Virus record (IMG/VR): IMGVR_UViG_3300013137_000013
Span: 1 to 64,000 of that record
DNA: 64,000 nucleotides
From: a virus
Reading direction: 5' to 3' (one strand)
The notes under the pieces were generated by a model. It searched no databases, was not told the origin of the DNA, and saw only the letters and a list, made by a program, of their open reading frames with translations. Below, piece by piece: positions 1 through 9,250 of this stretch (positions within the stretch are counted from its first letter, which is position 1; every line of letters starts with the position of its first letter). The translations under genes and the position numbers were made by a program.

Positions 1-104
1 CCATCCTTATATAAATATACAAAAATTTTATAAAATTGCAAAATAAATAAAACTTTTTTTAATTATTTTCGTATATTTGTATGAATTTAAAAATATTTGG
101 CAAT

Positions 105-443
105 TCATCCAACGACTGAAGTGTGTTGGCTTTCTTGCCGATTTCTCATAAGTGTGTCTCCAATGTAAAAACAACCTCTTTTTGACCTGATAGGACCTTT
201 TTCAGAGAAGTCCATTTTGATTTTCACCAAATCAATAAAGTGCAAATTTTTTATAATTTGACATCTTAACTCCTCTAAGGATACTATTTCCCAAGCCTTT
301 TTTAAAATGACTTTATGTATTGCTTGGGCTATTTCAAGACTTTTGGGTCCTAAATAATTGACTGTCTCCCACTCTAATTCACCAAGTTTTTCTCCAGAAA
401 TTTCAAATTCCAAATCAATTATTGATGGATTATTATTTTGCAT
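105..443 (-). CDS. hypothetical protein
   Basis: 112 aa ORF overlapping the upstream ORF 433..705; no recognised motif. Confidence 0.6.
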   Translation of the reverse strand: MQNNNPSIIDLEFEISGEKLGELEWETVNYLGPKSLEIAQAIHKVILKKAWEIVSLEELRCQIIKNLHFIDLVKIKMDFSEKGPIRSKRGCFYIGDTLMRNRQESQHTSVVG

Positions 444-705
444 ATTTTTCAGTTTTTTCTTTGGCTTTATCTAAGTAAGACTCATCATAAGCTTTTCCCA
501 ATTCTAAACCATAAGAATTTTCAAATTCTTCAATTGCTACTTTTTTAGTTTTACTTTGTTTATCTAAAGGAGCAGTCATTTGCTGTTTTCCAATACAAAA
601 CTGATTTGGTTTCAAAATAACACCAGGTGCCATACTTGGCTTAACACAAACAGTGAATTTTACTTGTGAATTTGTTAAATTCTTAATTCTCCAAAATTTT
701 TCCAT
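433..705 (-). CDS. hypothetical protein
   Basis: 90 aa ORF co-directional with neighbours; A-rich leader. Confidence 0.7.
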   Translation of the reverse strand: MEKFWRIKNLTNSQVKFTVCVKPSMAPGVILKPNQFCIGKQQMTAPLDKQSKTKKVAIEEFENSYGLELGKAYDESYLDKAKEKTEKYAK

Positions 706-765
706 AACGTTTTTTATTTAAATCTACTAATATACTATGTTAAAGTAAATAGAAAAATAAATATT

Positions 766-1848
766 TTATTCAACATAACATTTTCTTATAGACATTGGGT
801 TTGAAGGTAAAAAATACTTTGTTTCATTTATTTTGTATACTTTTACTTCTTTGTTGTCACCAATTAATACAGCCTTTTGAGATTTACCTTCTATGGATTC
901 TATTAATTCTTTTGGAGAATCAATTTTTCTTAATTTATTAACCATATCACTTACCGTATAAATGTATGTCTGAGACACTCCTTCTGATACTGGATAAGAA
1001 AGACCATTGGGTGACATTGCAGGTATTCCAGAGTCAATAGAGCTGTGGGTTGTTGGGATAGATGTGTAATTTAAATTTGGGTCATTAACGGCTCTTTCTG
1101 AATTTGTAAGAAAATAGTTTTTAACTATATTCGAAATAACGTCATTGACTTTCTGGTCTATATCTATATTTTGCTTAATATAGCTTTCTATTTCCTTTGT
1201 TGGGTCTGCAGCATATGGATTTTCCTTATATTGTTGCTGTGCAATCAAATCTGGTTCTGCGCCTCTTTCTATAAATTGTGATGAACCACTTTTATAGTCA
1301 AATATAATATCCCCTATTTTTTCAAATTTTGTTTGATATACCTCGGCTTTTGTTATTCCCTTTTCAGACCACATTTGTTGCATTGATTTACTCACACTTG
1401 GGTCTTCCATTGTCTTAAATGGTTTGTTTGAGAGATTTTCTCCACCAACGCTTAATTCGTTAAAATCATATACAAATACTTTTCCAGGTTCTACTTCTTT
1501 TAAAAAGTCGGGGATTTCAGGAACTATTGCAATTTTTGGTTCTGTTGGAACATTTAATGGTTGTGCACCAGCCTCCATTCCTACTTTTGGTATTTCAGTT
1601 GGGACATCTGTTTGAGCAATGTCTGGGGCAACCTTAAACTTTTCTTCATCATCTTCTGGGTTTATAAATGTGGTTGGTCCTTGAGCCACTGCTGGATTTT
1701 CCATTTCAGTCATGCCTTGCATTTCTTGAATTTTTTTCAGCACTTTTTCTTTTACCATATCCAGTTTTATAGCGTCATTTAAACCTACTTTTCTTATTTC
1801 GGCTGCCAATAAAGCATTCACTTCATCTTGATTTATCATTTTTTCCAT
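766..1848 (-). CDS. acidic hypothetical protein, putative late/head-associated
   Basis: 360 aa, E/P-rich; TATTTATA motif 13 nt upstream on the minus strand. Confidence 0.7.
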   Translation of the reverse strand: MEKMINQDEVNALLAAEIRKVGLNDAIKLDMVKEKVLKKIQEMQGMTEMENPAVAQGPTTFINPEDDEEKFKVAPDIAQTDVPTEIPKVGMEAGAQPLNVPTEPKIAIVPEIPDFLKEVEPGKVFVYDFNELSVGGENLSNKPFKTMEDPSVSKSMQQMWSEKGITKAEVYQTKFEKIGDIIFDYKSGSSQFIERGAEPDLIAQQQYKENPYAADPTKEIESYIKQNIDIDQKVNDVISNIVKNYFLTNSERAVNDPNLNYTSIPTTHSSIDSGIPAMSPNGLSYPVSEGVSQTYIYTVSDMVNKLRKIDSPKELIESIEGKSQKAVLIGDNKEVKVYKINETKYFLPSNPMSIRKCYVE

Positions 1849-1942
1849 GATTTTATTTATCTATAAATATTTTAATTTTTCTTTTTTTGATTTTTGGTGT
1901 TTTTCTTTGTATATTTATTATACACCAAATAAACATTAAATA

Positions 1943-2704
1943 ATGGGAAGAAAAGACCAGACTAGCAGAGCACAAGTAAAAGATGAGTTAAAAAAAGAAG
2001 TAAAGGATTATAATAGTAGCAAAATGAAACCTAAAGGTTCTCTTAAAAGAGAGGAAATTGAAAGGGCTCATATTGAACTTACTCCTAAACAACACGAATT
2101 TTATAAAGCCATAAGAAATAATATTTTTACTTTGGTGCAAGGTCCTGCAGGAACATCAAAAACATTTACGGCATGTTATGCATCACTTTGTTTACTTGCA
2201 GACAAAAAAATAGAAAGAATAGTAATTACAAAACCAATTCAAGAAAGTGGTGAAAATTTAGGATTTTTACCTGGAGATATTGATGAAAAAACAGCTCCTT
2301 TTATGAGAAGTTATATGTCTAACTTTGAAAAAATAATTGGAAAACAAAATGCTGAATTTTTGAAATCTATTGGAGACATAAGTGTAGAACCTCTTGCTTA
2401 TATGAGAGGAGTAACTTATGATAATGCTATAATTTTATTAGATGAAGCGCAAAATGCCACAATGAAACAATTAGTTTTATGGATTACCAGACTTGGAAAA
2501 AATTCAAAAGCCGTTTTAATGGGAGACATTAGTCAATATGACATAAAAAAGAAAGATTCAAAATTTTTAGATTTCATTGAAATGGTTAAGGGAGTTGAGG
2601 AAGTGAATACGTTTGAATTTACTTCAGAAGATATTGTAAGAAATAAGTTTTTAATTGAAATTGTGAATAGATATGAACAGTATAAATTGGAAAATGAAAT
2701 TTAG
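1943..2704 (+). CDS. phoH: PhoH-family ATPase
   Basis: GPAGTSKT Walker A variant, LGFLPGD, PLAYMRG, LDEAQN, GDISQYD, DIVRN motifs typical of PhoH. Confidence 0.95.
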   Translation: MGRKDQTSRAQVKDELKKEVKDYNSSKMKPKGSLKREEIERAHIELTPKQHEFYKAIRNNIFTLVQGPAGTSKTFTACYASLCLLADKKIERIVITKPIQESGENLGFLPGDIDEKTAPFMRSYMSNFEKIIGKQNAEFLKSIGDISVEPLAYMRGVTYDNAIILLDEAQNATMKQLVLWITRLGKNSKAVLMGDISQYDIKKKDSKFLDFIEMVKGVEEVNTFEFTSEDIVRNKFLIEIVNRYEQYKLENEI

Positions 2705-2740
2705 AACTATTTATAAGAAACAAATTTAAACTGAATTATT

Positions 2741-2911
2741 ATGGCAAACGATAATGAAAGAAAACAAGGAAGTGGTTTAATAGACCCAAAAAATGCTGCT
2801 GAACCAAAAAAAGAGCCTAAAAAAATTTCTATTAGCCAAGATGGATTAATGGAGAGAGAAGAAAATAAGGTTCTTACTGAAGACGGAAGAGAACTTTTAA
2901 AGGAAAATTAA
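2741..2911 (+). CDS. small hypothetical protein (56 aa), not in the ORF track
   Basis: MANDNERKQG...DGLMEREENKVLTEDGRELLKEN; own TATTTATA motif at 2708 and followed by a terminator. Confidence 0.75.
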   Translation: MANDNERKQGSGLIDPKNAAEPKKEPKKISISQDGLMEREENKVLTEDGRELLKEN

Positions 2912-2931
2912 TAAAGTCCTTCTGTTATTAA

Positions 2932-2966
2932 AATAAAAAAACCGCCTTTTAGCGGTTTTTTTATTT
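2932..2966. terminator. bidirectional intrinsic terminator
   Basis: A-tract, ACCGC/GCGGT stem, T-tract, between convergent genes. Confidence 0.85.
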
Positions 2967-2979
2967 GTAGTATCACAGA

Positions 2980-3678
2980 TTATTCATTAAAATCATTTGG
3001 CCTTATTCCAGAAAGAATTTGCATTCTTTTTAATGTAGATTCACTAACAAGCTGGTCTTTTTTAGGAACGTCTGCTTTGTCTTCGAAAGGAACTGCAGGT
3101 TTTGGTTTAATTTCAGCATTAACGATTGGAGTGCCATCTTGTTCTTTTACAACACCTTCTTCTTCTTTGCAACCCTCTTCAGCTGGTTTGACTTCATCAA
3201 GGTCTTCTCCAGGTGTTTCTTCATCTGGTATTTTTTCATCTGAAGATTCTTGTCCACTACCCACTTTTTCATCAACAGTGGTTTCGATTTTATCTTCAAT
3301 AGCATCAGCTAGTTTTGCAAGAATTGCGTCAATGTTTAAATCGCCTTCCAATGATTCTTCGTCAGCAGGTTCATCAATAACAACTTCGTCAGAAACTTCT
3401 TCGTCTTCGATTAAGTGACTGCCTTTTTTAGTGAATTCAGCTCCGAATTTTTCATCGCCACCTTTTTCTCCAGTCCAAGCAGTAGAACGAACTTTTTCTT
3501 TTCCACCAGCTTTAACTTCTTCTAAGCCTTCTTCTTCCATATCTTCAGAAACGATTTGTTTCATTTCTTCATTGATTTGTTGAAGTCTGTTTTTTAATTT
3601 TATTTCAGTAAGCTTTTTGAAATATTCTTCTTTTATCATTTGTCTGATTTCTTCTTTCGAAATTTTAATCTTTGCCAT
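2980..3678 (-). CDS. acidic putative internal head/scaffold-like protein
   Basis: N-term KIKISKEEIRQMIKEE, many L/I-x-E sites, C-term SESTLKRMQILSGI; TATTTATA motif at 3700. Confidence 0.6.
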   Translation of the reverse strand: MAKIKISKEEIRQMIKEEYFKKLTEIKLKNRLQQINEEMKQIVSEDMEEEGLEEVKAGGKEKVRSTAWTGEKGGDEKFGAEFTKKGSHLIEDEEVSDEVVIDEPADEESLEGDLNIDAILAKLADAIEDKIETTVDEKVGSGQESSDEKIPDEETPGEDLDEVKPAEEGCKEEEGVVKEQDGTPIVNAEIKPKPAVPFEDKADVPKKDQLVSESTLKRMQILSGIRPNDFNE

Positions 3679-3743
3679 AACTTTTAGTTTTAAGTTTTCT
3701 ATAAATAGTAAAAAAAAATGAAATTATTATTTTTGTTTAATAA

Positions 3744-4835
3744 TTATTCTGCTGCTGCAGGAGTATATTTTTGTAAAGCATTAATTGCAGCGTTAAACAT
3801 ACTTGCGTTGTATTGTACTACCTGTTGCATTTTTTCTGCCTGTGCTTTAGCTGCTGCTTGTTTTTCATCCTGTCCCTTTTCATATTCTTGACCAGCTGCC
3901 TGTGCTGCTGCTCCAAGTTTCTGTCCGTATTGCTGAATTGGTGCTGCTACTTGTTGAGCTGCACCTTTAACTGCCTGACCTGCCGATTGAGCTGCGCCCT
4001 TAACTGCCTGACCTGCTGCTTTGGCTGTATCTTTAACATCTTTTCCAAACTGTTTAGCTGCACCACCAATCATGGCACCATATTTTCCAAAAAGTTCATC
4101 TAATTCTTCCTGCATTAATTCTCCTGGTTCTTCGCCTTCTGCAAGTGGAATAATTTGTTTTTTGGAATATTGTAAGCCAAAAGGCTTTAATATTGCTTGA
4201 ATATCTTTTTGAAAATTAAATTGTCGTCCAGCTTTATTTAATTGAGCCATTCTTGTCTGTAAAGCTTCGATTGCTTTCTTTTTCATGGTTTCTATTTCTT
4301 GAGATTGCCTTGTTTGCTGATATTGCTGTTGACCTGCTTGTTTACCTGTTTGCCAAGCTGCCTTTACACCTGAAATTCCAGCCTTTAATTTATCAAACAT
4401 GCCTTCGTTTAAGTCACCAAGAGCACCTTCAATTGCAGCAAGTTTTTCTCTTAACATTGCATTTTCATCTTTTAGAGATTGAATATCATCTGTTGGTTCT
4501 GAATCAGTTTTTACATCTTCTTCTCCACCAAATTCTTCAATATCTTTTTCCAATTTTGGGAATTGGTCTAATTTACAACCACATTCTTCAGGAGTTTGGT
4601 CTTCTGGTTTTTGCTCCTCGTAGTGCGATGGAGTAACTAATCCAAGAACTGGATTTGGGCTTTCGGTGTTTTTGAAGCCCCAACCTAACATGGCACCTGG
4701 GTGACCATATTCATTAAGTTGTTTAAGTTCTTCATTTATTTTTTGAGCTTCTTTAAAAAGTTCTCTTTTTCTTTTTATAGTTAGAGCTTCTTTTAAGATA
4801 GCATCTAAAATTTCTTTTTGGCCAATTTTTTTCAT
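3744..4835 (-). CDS. putative internal head protein with A/Q/G-rich amphipathic repeats
   Basis: N-term resembles 2980..3678 (QKINEELKQL vs QQINEEMKQI); LNE/LAE/LDE sites; AGQAVKGAAQ repeats. Confidence 0.6.
   Translation of the reverse strand: MKKIGQKEILDAILKEALTIKRKRELFKEAQKINEELKQLNEYGHPGAMLGWGFKNTESPNPVLGLVTPSHYEEQKPEDQTPEECGCKLDQFPKLEKDIEEFGGEEDVKTDSEPTDDIQSLKDENAMLREKLAAIEGALGDLNEGMFDKLKAGISGVKAAWQTGKQAGQQQYQQTRQSQEIETMKKKAIEALQTRMAQLNKAGRQFNFQKDIQAILKPFGLQYSKKQIIPLAEGEEPGELMQEELDELFGKYGAMIGGAAKQFGKDVKDTAKAAGQAVKGAAQSAGQAVKGAAQQVAAPIQQYGQKLGAAAQAAGQEYEKGQDEKQAAAKAQAEKMQQVVQYNASMFNAAINALQKYTPAAAE
3961..4020 (-). repeat. 33-nt tandem repeat (11-aa AGQAVKGAAQx)
   Basis: TTAACTGCCTGACCTGC occurs twice, 33 nt apart. 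Confidence 0.8.
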
Positions 4836-4864
4836 ATTTTTTAGAATTGCTTTTTAGATAAATA

Positions 4865-4896
4865 TTTGGAAATTTTCTTTTTTTTTCCTATCTTTA
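4865..4896 (+). promoter_or_regulatory. Bacteroidota sigma70-type promoter (near consensus) for the glycosylation operon
   Basis: TTTG(4865)-N20-TATCTTTA(4889); one mismatch to TAnnTTTG. Confidence 0.5.
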
Positions 4897-4922
4897 CATA
4901 AATAGGGAAAAAAACAGAGTTT

Positions 4923-5723
4923 ATGATTAATGCAACAATTTTTACTTTTGACCGTTCAGCCCAACTTCATCTCTTATTGGAGTCTATTAAAAAAAACGCA
5001 AATAATATTTTTAACATCAATGTCCTGTATAAAAGTTCAAATGAAGAATTTAAAAGAGGATATGATTTGTTAAAGGAAAGGTTCCCATATATAAATTGGG
5101 TGGAAGAAACAAATTTTAAAGAACAAACTTTAAAATTAATAGAAACAGATTTAGAACATACATGTTTTTTTACCGATGATGACATTATATATAATAGTAT
5201 AAGCGAAAGTGATATTGTAGAATGCTTAAAAGACAACAACATTTTTTGTTTTAGTCTTAGGCTTGGAACCAACGTTAGCTATTGTTATACAATGAATTGC
5301 GATGATATTTTAATTCCAGACAAACAAGATGAAAAATTTGTGTGGTGGAATTGGACAAAAAGTTATGCAGACTTTGGTTATCCACTTTCTGTTGATGGGC
5401 ATGTATTTAGAACCAAAGAAATTAAAAAACTTATTAGAGCTGTTAATTTCACAAATCCTAATACTTTAGAAGGAAACTTACAAGTTTTCGAAAACTTTCC
5501 AAAAGAAACTATGGTGGCCTATAAAATAAGTGTCTTGGTAAACTCTCCCAATAATATAGTGCAAAATGTTTATCACAACAGAAAAGCAGAGAAGTATTCA
5601 TTTACCACAAAAGAACTAAATGATAAATATTTAGCCAATGAAATAATTGACCTCAATTCAATAGATTTTTCGAATATTAGAGGTTGTCATCAAGAATTAG
5701 AATTTAAGTTTAAAAAAATATAA
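4923..5723 (+). CDS. GT-A fold glycosyltransferase-like protein
   Basis: N-term IFTFDRSAQLHLLLESI, FFTDDD DxD-like motif; first gene of the GT operon. Confidence 0.65.
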   Translation: MINATIFTFDRSAQLHLLLESIKKNANNIFNINVLYKSSNEEFKRGYDLLKERFPYINWVEETNFKEQTLKLIETDLEHTCFFTDDDIIYNSISESDIVECLKDNNIFCFSLRLGTNVSYCYTMNCDDILIPDKQDEKFVWWNWTKSYADFGYPLSVDGHVFRTKEIKKLIRAVNFTNPNTLEGNLQVFENFPKETMVAYKISVLVNSPNNIVQNVYHNRKAEKYSFTTKELNDKYLANEIIDLNSIDFSNIRGCHQELEFKFKKI

Positions 5724-5724
5724 T

Positions 5725-7716
5725 ATGAATCAAGTAATGCCTCCATTTTTTGTTCCACCTGGCATTCCATCAGTGGAGTATGATAAAAACCCAATTAAAA
5801 TAATAGTCCCATTTTATAATGCAGCCGCTTATATTGAAAGAAGCATGTTATCTGCATTAACACAAAAATATGAAAATTTTAAAATAATTTTCATTGATGA
5901 TGCGTCAACTGATGGCTCCTGGGAAAAATTGCCACATGATGACCCCAGGGCTATTTGTATAAGAAATGAAACTAACGTGACTGCATTACCAAACATTCAT
6001 AGGGCAATAATGGAATATTGTGACCCAAATGACATTGTCGTTCTTTTGGACGGTGACGATTGGCTTCCCAATAATAAAGTTTTGAAATATATCAATGAAT
6101 ACTATTGTCAAAATGATTGTTGGATTATGTATGGTCAGGCCACATGGAGTACTGGGCAAAAAGGTTGTGCTTCAGAATACACCAAGGAAGAATTTGACCA
6201 CTTGAGAATGGCACCATTTAGAGTTTCTCATATTAGAACATTTAGGACTTGGTTATATCATAAAATAAAAGAACAAGACCCAGAATTTTCCTGTATGAAA
6301 GATAAAAGTGGGAACTGGTATAGAATGACATATGATGTTGCAATTATGTTTCCTATTATGGAAATGGCTGGATTTGATAAAATAAAATATAATGACAAAC
6401 CTCTTTATATTTATAACTTTGAGAATCCCAGAAGCGACCACAGAGTCAACCAGCAACTACAGTGGGATATTCATAAAGAAATTGCAAATAAAATACCTTT
6501 TAAAAAAATAGAAAGCATGCTTAAGGAAAACATTTTTAAAAATTACAAAAACAAATATTTTGTTGAAACTGGAAGTCATAATGGAGATGGAATTCAAAAG
6601 GCAATTGAAGCTGGATTTGAAAACATCATCTCAATAGAATTGTCTGACAAATATTTTGATAGATGTGTTCAAAGATTTAAGGATAATAAAAACGTTACAA
6701 TCATTAAAGGAGATTCTGCCTTAGTTTTAAATGACGTTATAAAAGACATTAATTGTAGTATTACCTTTTGGTTAGATGGTCATTATTCTTGTGGCGATAC
6801 AGCATGTGGAGCATATAGAATTCCACTTATTCAAGAACTTGAACAAATAAAAAAACATAAAATAAAAAATCATACAATTCTTATTGATGATATGAGATGC
6901 TGGAAAGAACCCAACGAGGTTCATGGGTTTTATGAAAAAGACATATTTGATAAAATAAAAGAATTTGATACAAAATATAACTTTTCTTTTGTGGATGGCT
7001 CAGAAAAAGATGATATTTTAGTATGCAAACCCAAATATAAAATTGGCTTATTGGTTATTGCAACTGGGAAGTATGATAAATTTGTTCCACCACTTTTAAA
7101 ATCAATGAAAGAACACTTTTTGAAAAATCAAGACGTGACCATGTTTGTATTTTCAGATAAAGAAATTCCTACACAGGATGGCCTAAAAGTAATACAGCAA
7201 GAGCATGAAGGTTGGCCAAATGCAACACTTAAAAGATACCATATATTTTCAAAAAACAAAGATATTTTATCTCAAATGGATTATTTGTTTTATTGTGATG
7301 CCGACATGTTGTTCACAGCAGATGTCGGAGATGAAGTTTTGGGAGATTTAGTTGCAACAATACACCCAGGCTTCTTTGACCAGGGACGTAATAGTTATAC
7401 CTATGAAGGCAGAAAAGAGTCTACAGCTTATATTGCCCTAAATGAAGGGAAAAAATATTATGCTGGTGGATTTAATGGTGGTACATCAAGTAAATTTCTT
7501 GAAATGTCCGAACAAATTAAAAACAACGTAGACATAGATTTTTCAAACAACATTATTGCCATATGGCACGATGAAAGTCACCTAAACAGATATTTGGTAA
7601 ATAATGAACCAACTGTTGCATTATCACCTTCTTATTGCTATCCAGAGTCATGGAACATTCCTTTTGAAAAAAGATTATTGGCCTTGGACAAAAATCATTC
7701 AGAAATAAGGCAATGA
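5725..7716 (+). CDS. three-domain fusion: GT2 + SAM methyltransferase-like + GT6 (ABO/alpha-1,3-Gal(NAc) transferase family)
   Basis: GT2: IIVPFYN, IDDASTDGS, LDGDDW. From internal Met at 6517: FVETGS..GDG, FWLDGH, ILIDD. GT6 from ~7039: IATGKY, WP..TLKRY, CDADM, YYAGGFNGG, WHDESHLNRY, LSPSYCYPE. Confidence 0.9.
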   Translation: MNQVMPPFFVPPGIPSVEYDKNPIKIIVPFYNAAAYIERSMLSALTQKYENFKIIFIDDASTDGSWEKLPHDDPRAICIRNETNVTALPNIHRAIMEYCDPNDIVVLLDGDDWLPNNKVLKYINEYYCQNDCWIMYGQATWSTGQKGCASEYTKEEFDHLRMAPFRVSHIRTFRTWLYHKIKEQDPEFSCMKDKSGNWYRMTYDVAIMFPIMEMAGFDKIKYNDKPLYIYNFENPRSDHRVNQQLQWDIHKEIANKIPFKKIESMLKENIFKNYKNKYFVETGSHNGDGIQKAIEAGFENIISIELSDKYFDRCVQRFKDNKNVTIIKGDSALVLNDVIKDINCSITFWLDGHYSCGDTACGAYRIPLIQELEQIKKHKIKNHTILIDDMRCWKEPNEVHGFYEKDIFDKIKEFDTKYNFSFVDGSEKDDILVCKPKYKIGLLVIATGKYDKFVPPLLKSMKEHFLKNQDVTMFVFSDKEIPTQDGLKVIQQEHEGWPNATLKRYHIFSKNKDILSQMDYLFYCDADMLFTADVGDEVLGDLVATIHPGFFDQGRNSYTYEGRKESTAYIALNEGKKYYAGGFNGGTSSKFLEMSEQIKNNVDIDFSNNIIAIWHDESHLNRYLVNNEPTVALSPSYCYPESWNIPFEKRLLALDKNHSEIRQ

Positions 7717-8588
7717 AAAAAATAAAATTATTTTCTTCTTATTGCTCGGATGAGCAAATATATAATAACATAGTAGGTTCTTGGGGAAAAGGAAATACCT
7801 CATATAAGGACTTTGTTTTCACAGTTAATGATGATTACACGCATGCAGTACTATTCAATACGGCTATGCATAATAAATCATTAAACCCCAAAAACGTTAT
7901 TGGTTTTTCTCATGAACCCAGGAAAATATTGGGAATAGATAATGATAAAAATTATATAAATTTTGTGGCAAACAACGTTTCTGCTTATTATATAAGTAAT
8001 AGAGACAATTTACCTCCCAATTTTATAGAAGGAAATACTTTTATTTGTCCTTCAGAATTTAAAGAAAGTGAAAATAAATCATATTCTCATGAAAACAGAA
8101 TGAGTATGATATTGTCAATGAAGATGTATATGCCAGGGCACACAATGAGGCATAGAATTTTAAAAGAAATTTTAAAAACAGATTTAGATATTCATTTTTT
8201 TGGAAATGGTGTTGATGAAGTATATAATGATGAAAGAGTAAAAAAGTTTGATTGGAATATTTTTAACATTCCTTATGAAAACTACAAATATCAAATTGTC
8301 GTAGAAAACATAATAGACCGAAATTGGATTTCTGAAAAACTAACAAATTGTATTATTAAAGAAACAATACCAATTTATTATGGGTCAGAAAAGGCCATTA
8401 AGGAATATTATCCAGATAATTCAATTATAATATTAAATGATAATTTAAAAGAAAATGTTGCTAAAATAATTGATTTGTATAACAAAACAGAGAATGGGTT
8501 AACAACTTCTTTTGCAAAAAACAAACTTTATTCAGAAAATAATCTTTTAGAATTTATTTATTTAAAATTTAAAGATGTAGCAATATGA
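7713..8588 (+). CDS. GT10-like (alpha-1,3/4-fucosyltransferase fold) glycosyltransferase
   Basis: YKYQIVVEN...NWISEKL...IPIYYG matches the GT10 C-terminal motif; HEP motif in the N-terminal half. Confidence 0.75.
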   Translation: MKKIKLFSSYCSDEQIYNNIVGSWGKGNTSYKDFVFTVNDDYTHAVLFNTAMHNKSLNPKNVIGFSHEPRKILGIDNDKNYINFVANNVSAYYISNRDNLPPNFIEGNTFICPSEFKESENKSYSHENRMSMILSMKMYMPGHTMRHRILKEILKTDLDIHFFGNGVDEVYNDERVKKFDWNIFNIPYENYKYQIVVENIIDRNWISEKLTNCIIKETIPIYYGSEKAIKEYYPDNSIIILNDNLKENVAKIIDLYNKTENGLTTSFAKNKLYSENNLLEFIYLKFKDVAI

Positions 8589-9250
8589 TAGGAGTAATTT
8601 TTTTTCATAAAAACATATTTAAAATCTATCAGGAACGATGGATTAGAAAATCAATGGAATCCATGATACATCAAAAGAAAGTTGATTACAAAGTAGTTTA
8701 TTATGAACTAAACTATGAAGGGAATGGTTTGTCCTTGTTTAAACATTTTGGATTTGAAACAAATGAAAAAACTGATTATTTTTTTATAAATCAAGAAATG
8801 AAAAATCATGTAGAAGCCATGAATTTTATTATTTCAAAAGCATTCCAAGATGGTTGCAAATATGTTTTTAACACAAACTTGGATGATTATTACAGAACTG
8901 ATAGGTTGAAGTTACAACTAGAATTATTGGACGCTGGCGCTGATATTGTATCTTCAGATATGTGTTATATTGATGAAAACGATAAAAGATTTTTCGAAAA
9001 ATATTTAAATCAATTTGACACAAAAGAAAAAATAATTAATGCTTTCAATGGTGGAGATAATGTAATAGCACACCCATGTGTAGGATATTCAAGAAAATTT
9101 TGGGATAACAATAAGTACTTGGATGAAATTCCTATGGAAGATTTTAAGTTATGGAAAAGAACCATTGGTGATTACGACTTTAAAATACACAAAGATGTGC
9201 TTTTGTTTTATAGGATTCATAATTCACAAATAACAAAGAGTTTAAGATAA
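8585..9250 (+). CDS. GT2-like glycosyltransferase
   Basis: NLDDY...DRLKLQ, IAHP, EDFKLW, FYRIH motifs. Confidence 0.75.
   Translation: MIGVIFFHKNIFKIYQERWIRKSMESMIHQKKVDYKVVYYELNYEGNGLSLFKHFGFETNEKTDYFFINQEMKNHVEAMNFIISKAFQDGCKYVFNTNLDDYYRTDRLKLQLELLDAGADIVSSDMCYIDENDKRFFEKYLNQFDTKEKIINAFNGGDNVIAHPCVGYSRKFWDNNKYLDEIPMEDFKLWKRTIGDYDFKIHKDVLLFYRIHNSQITKSLR

Noticed and set aside
72-119. TATATTTG element followed by a 12-codon ORF (MNLKIFGNSSND)
   Set aside because: No correctly spaced -33 element, and the ORF is too short to support
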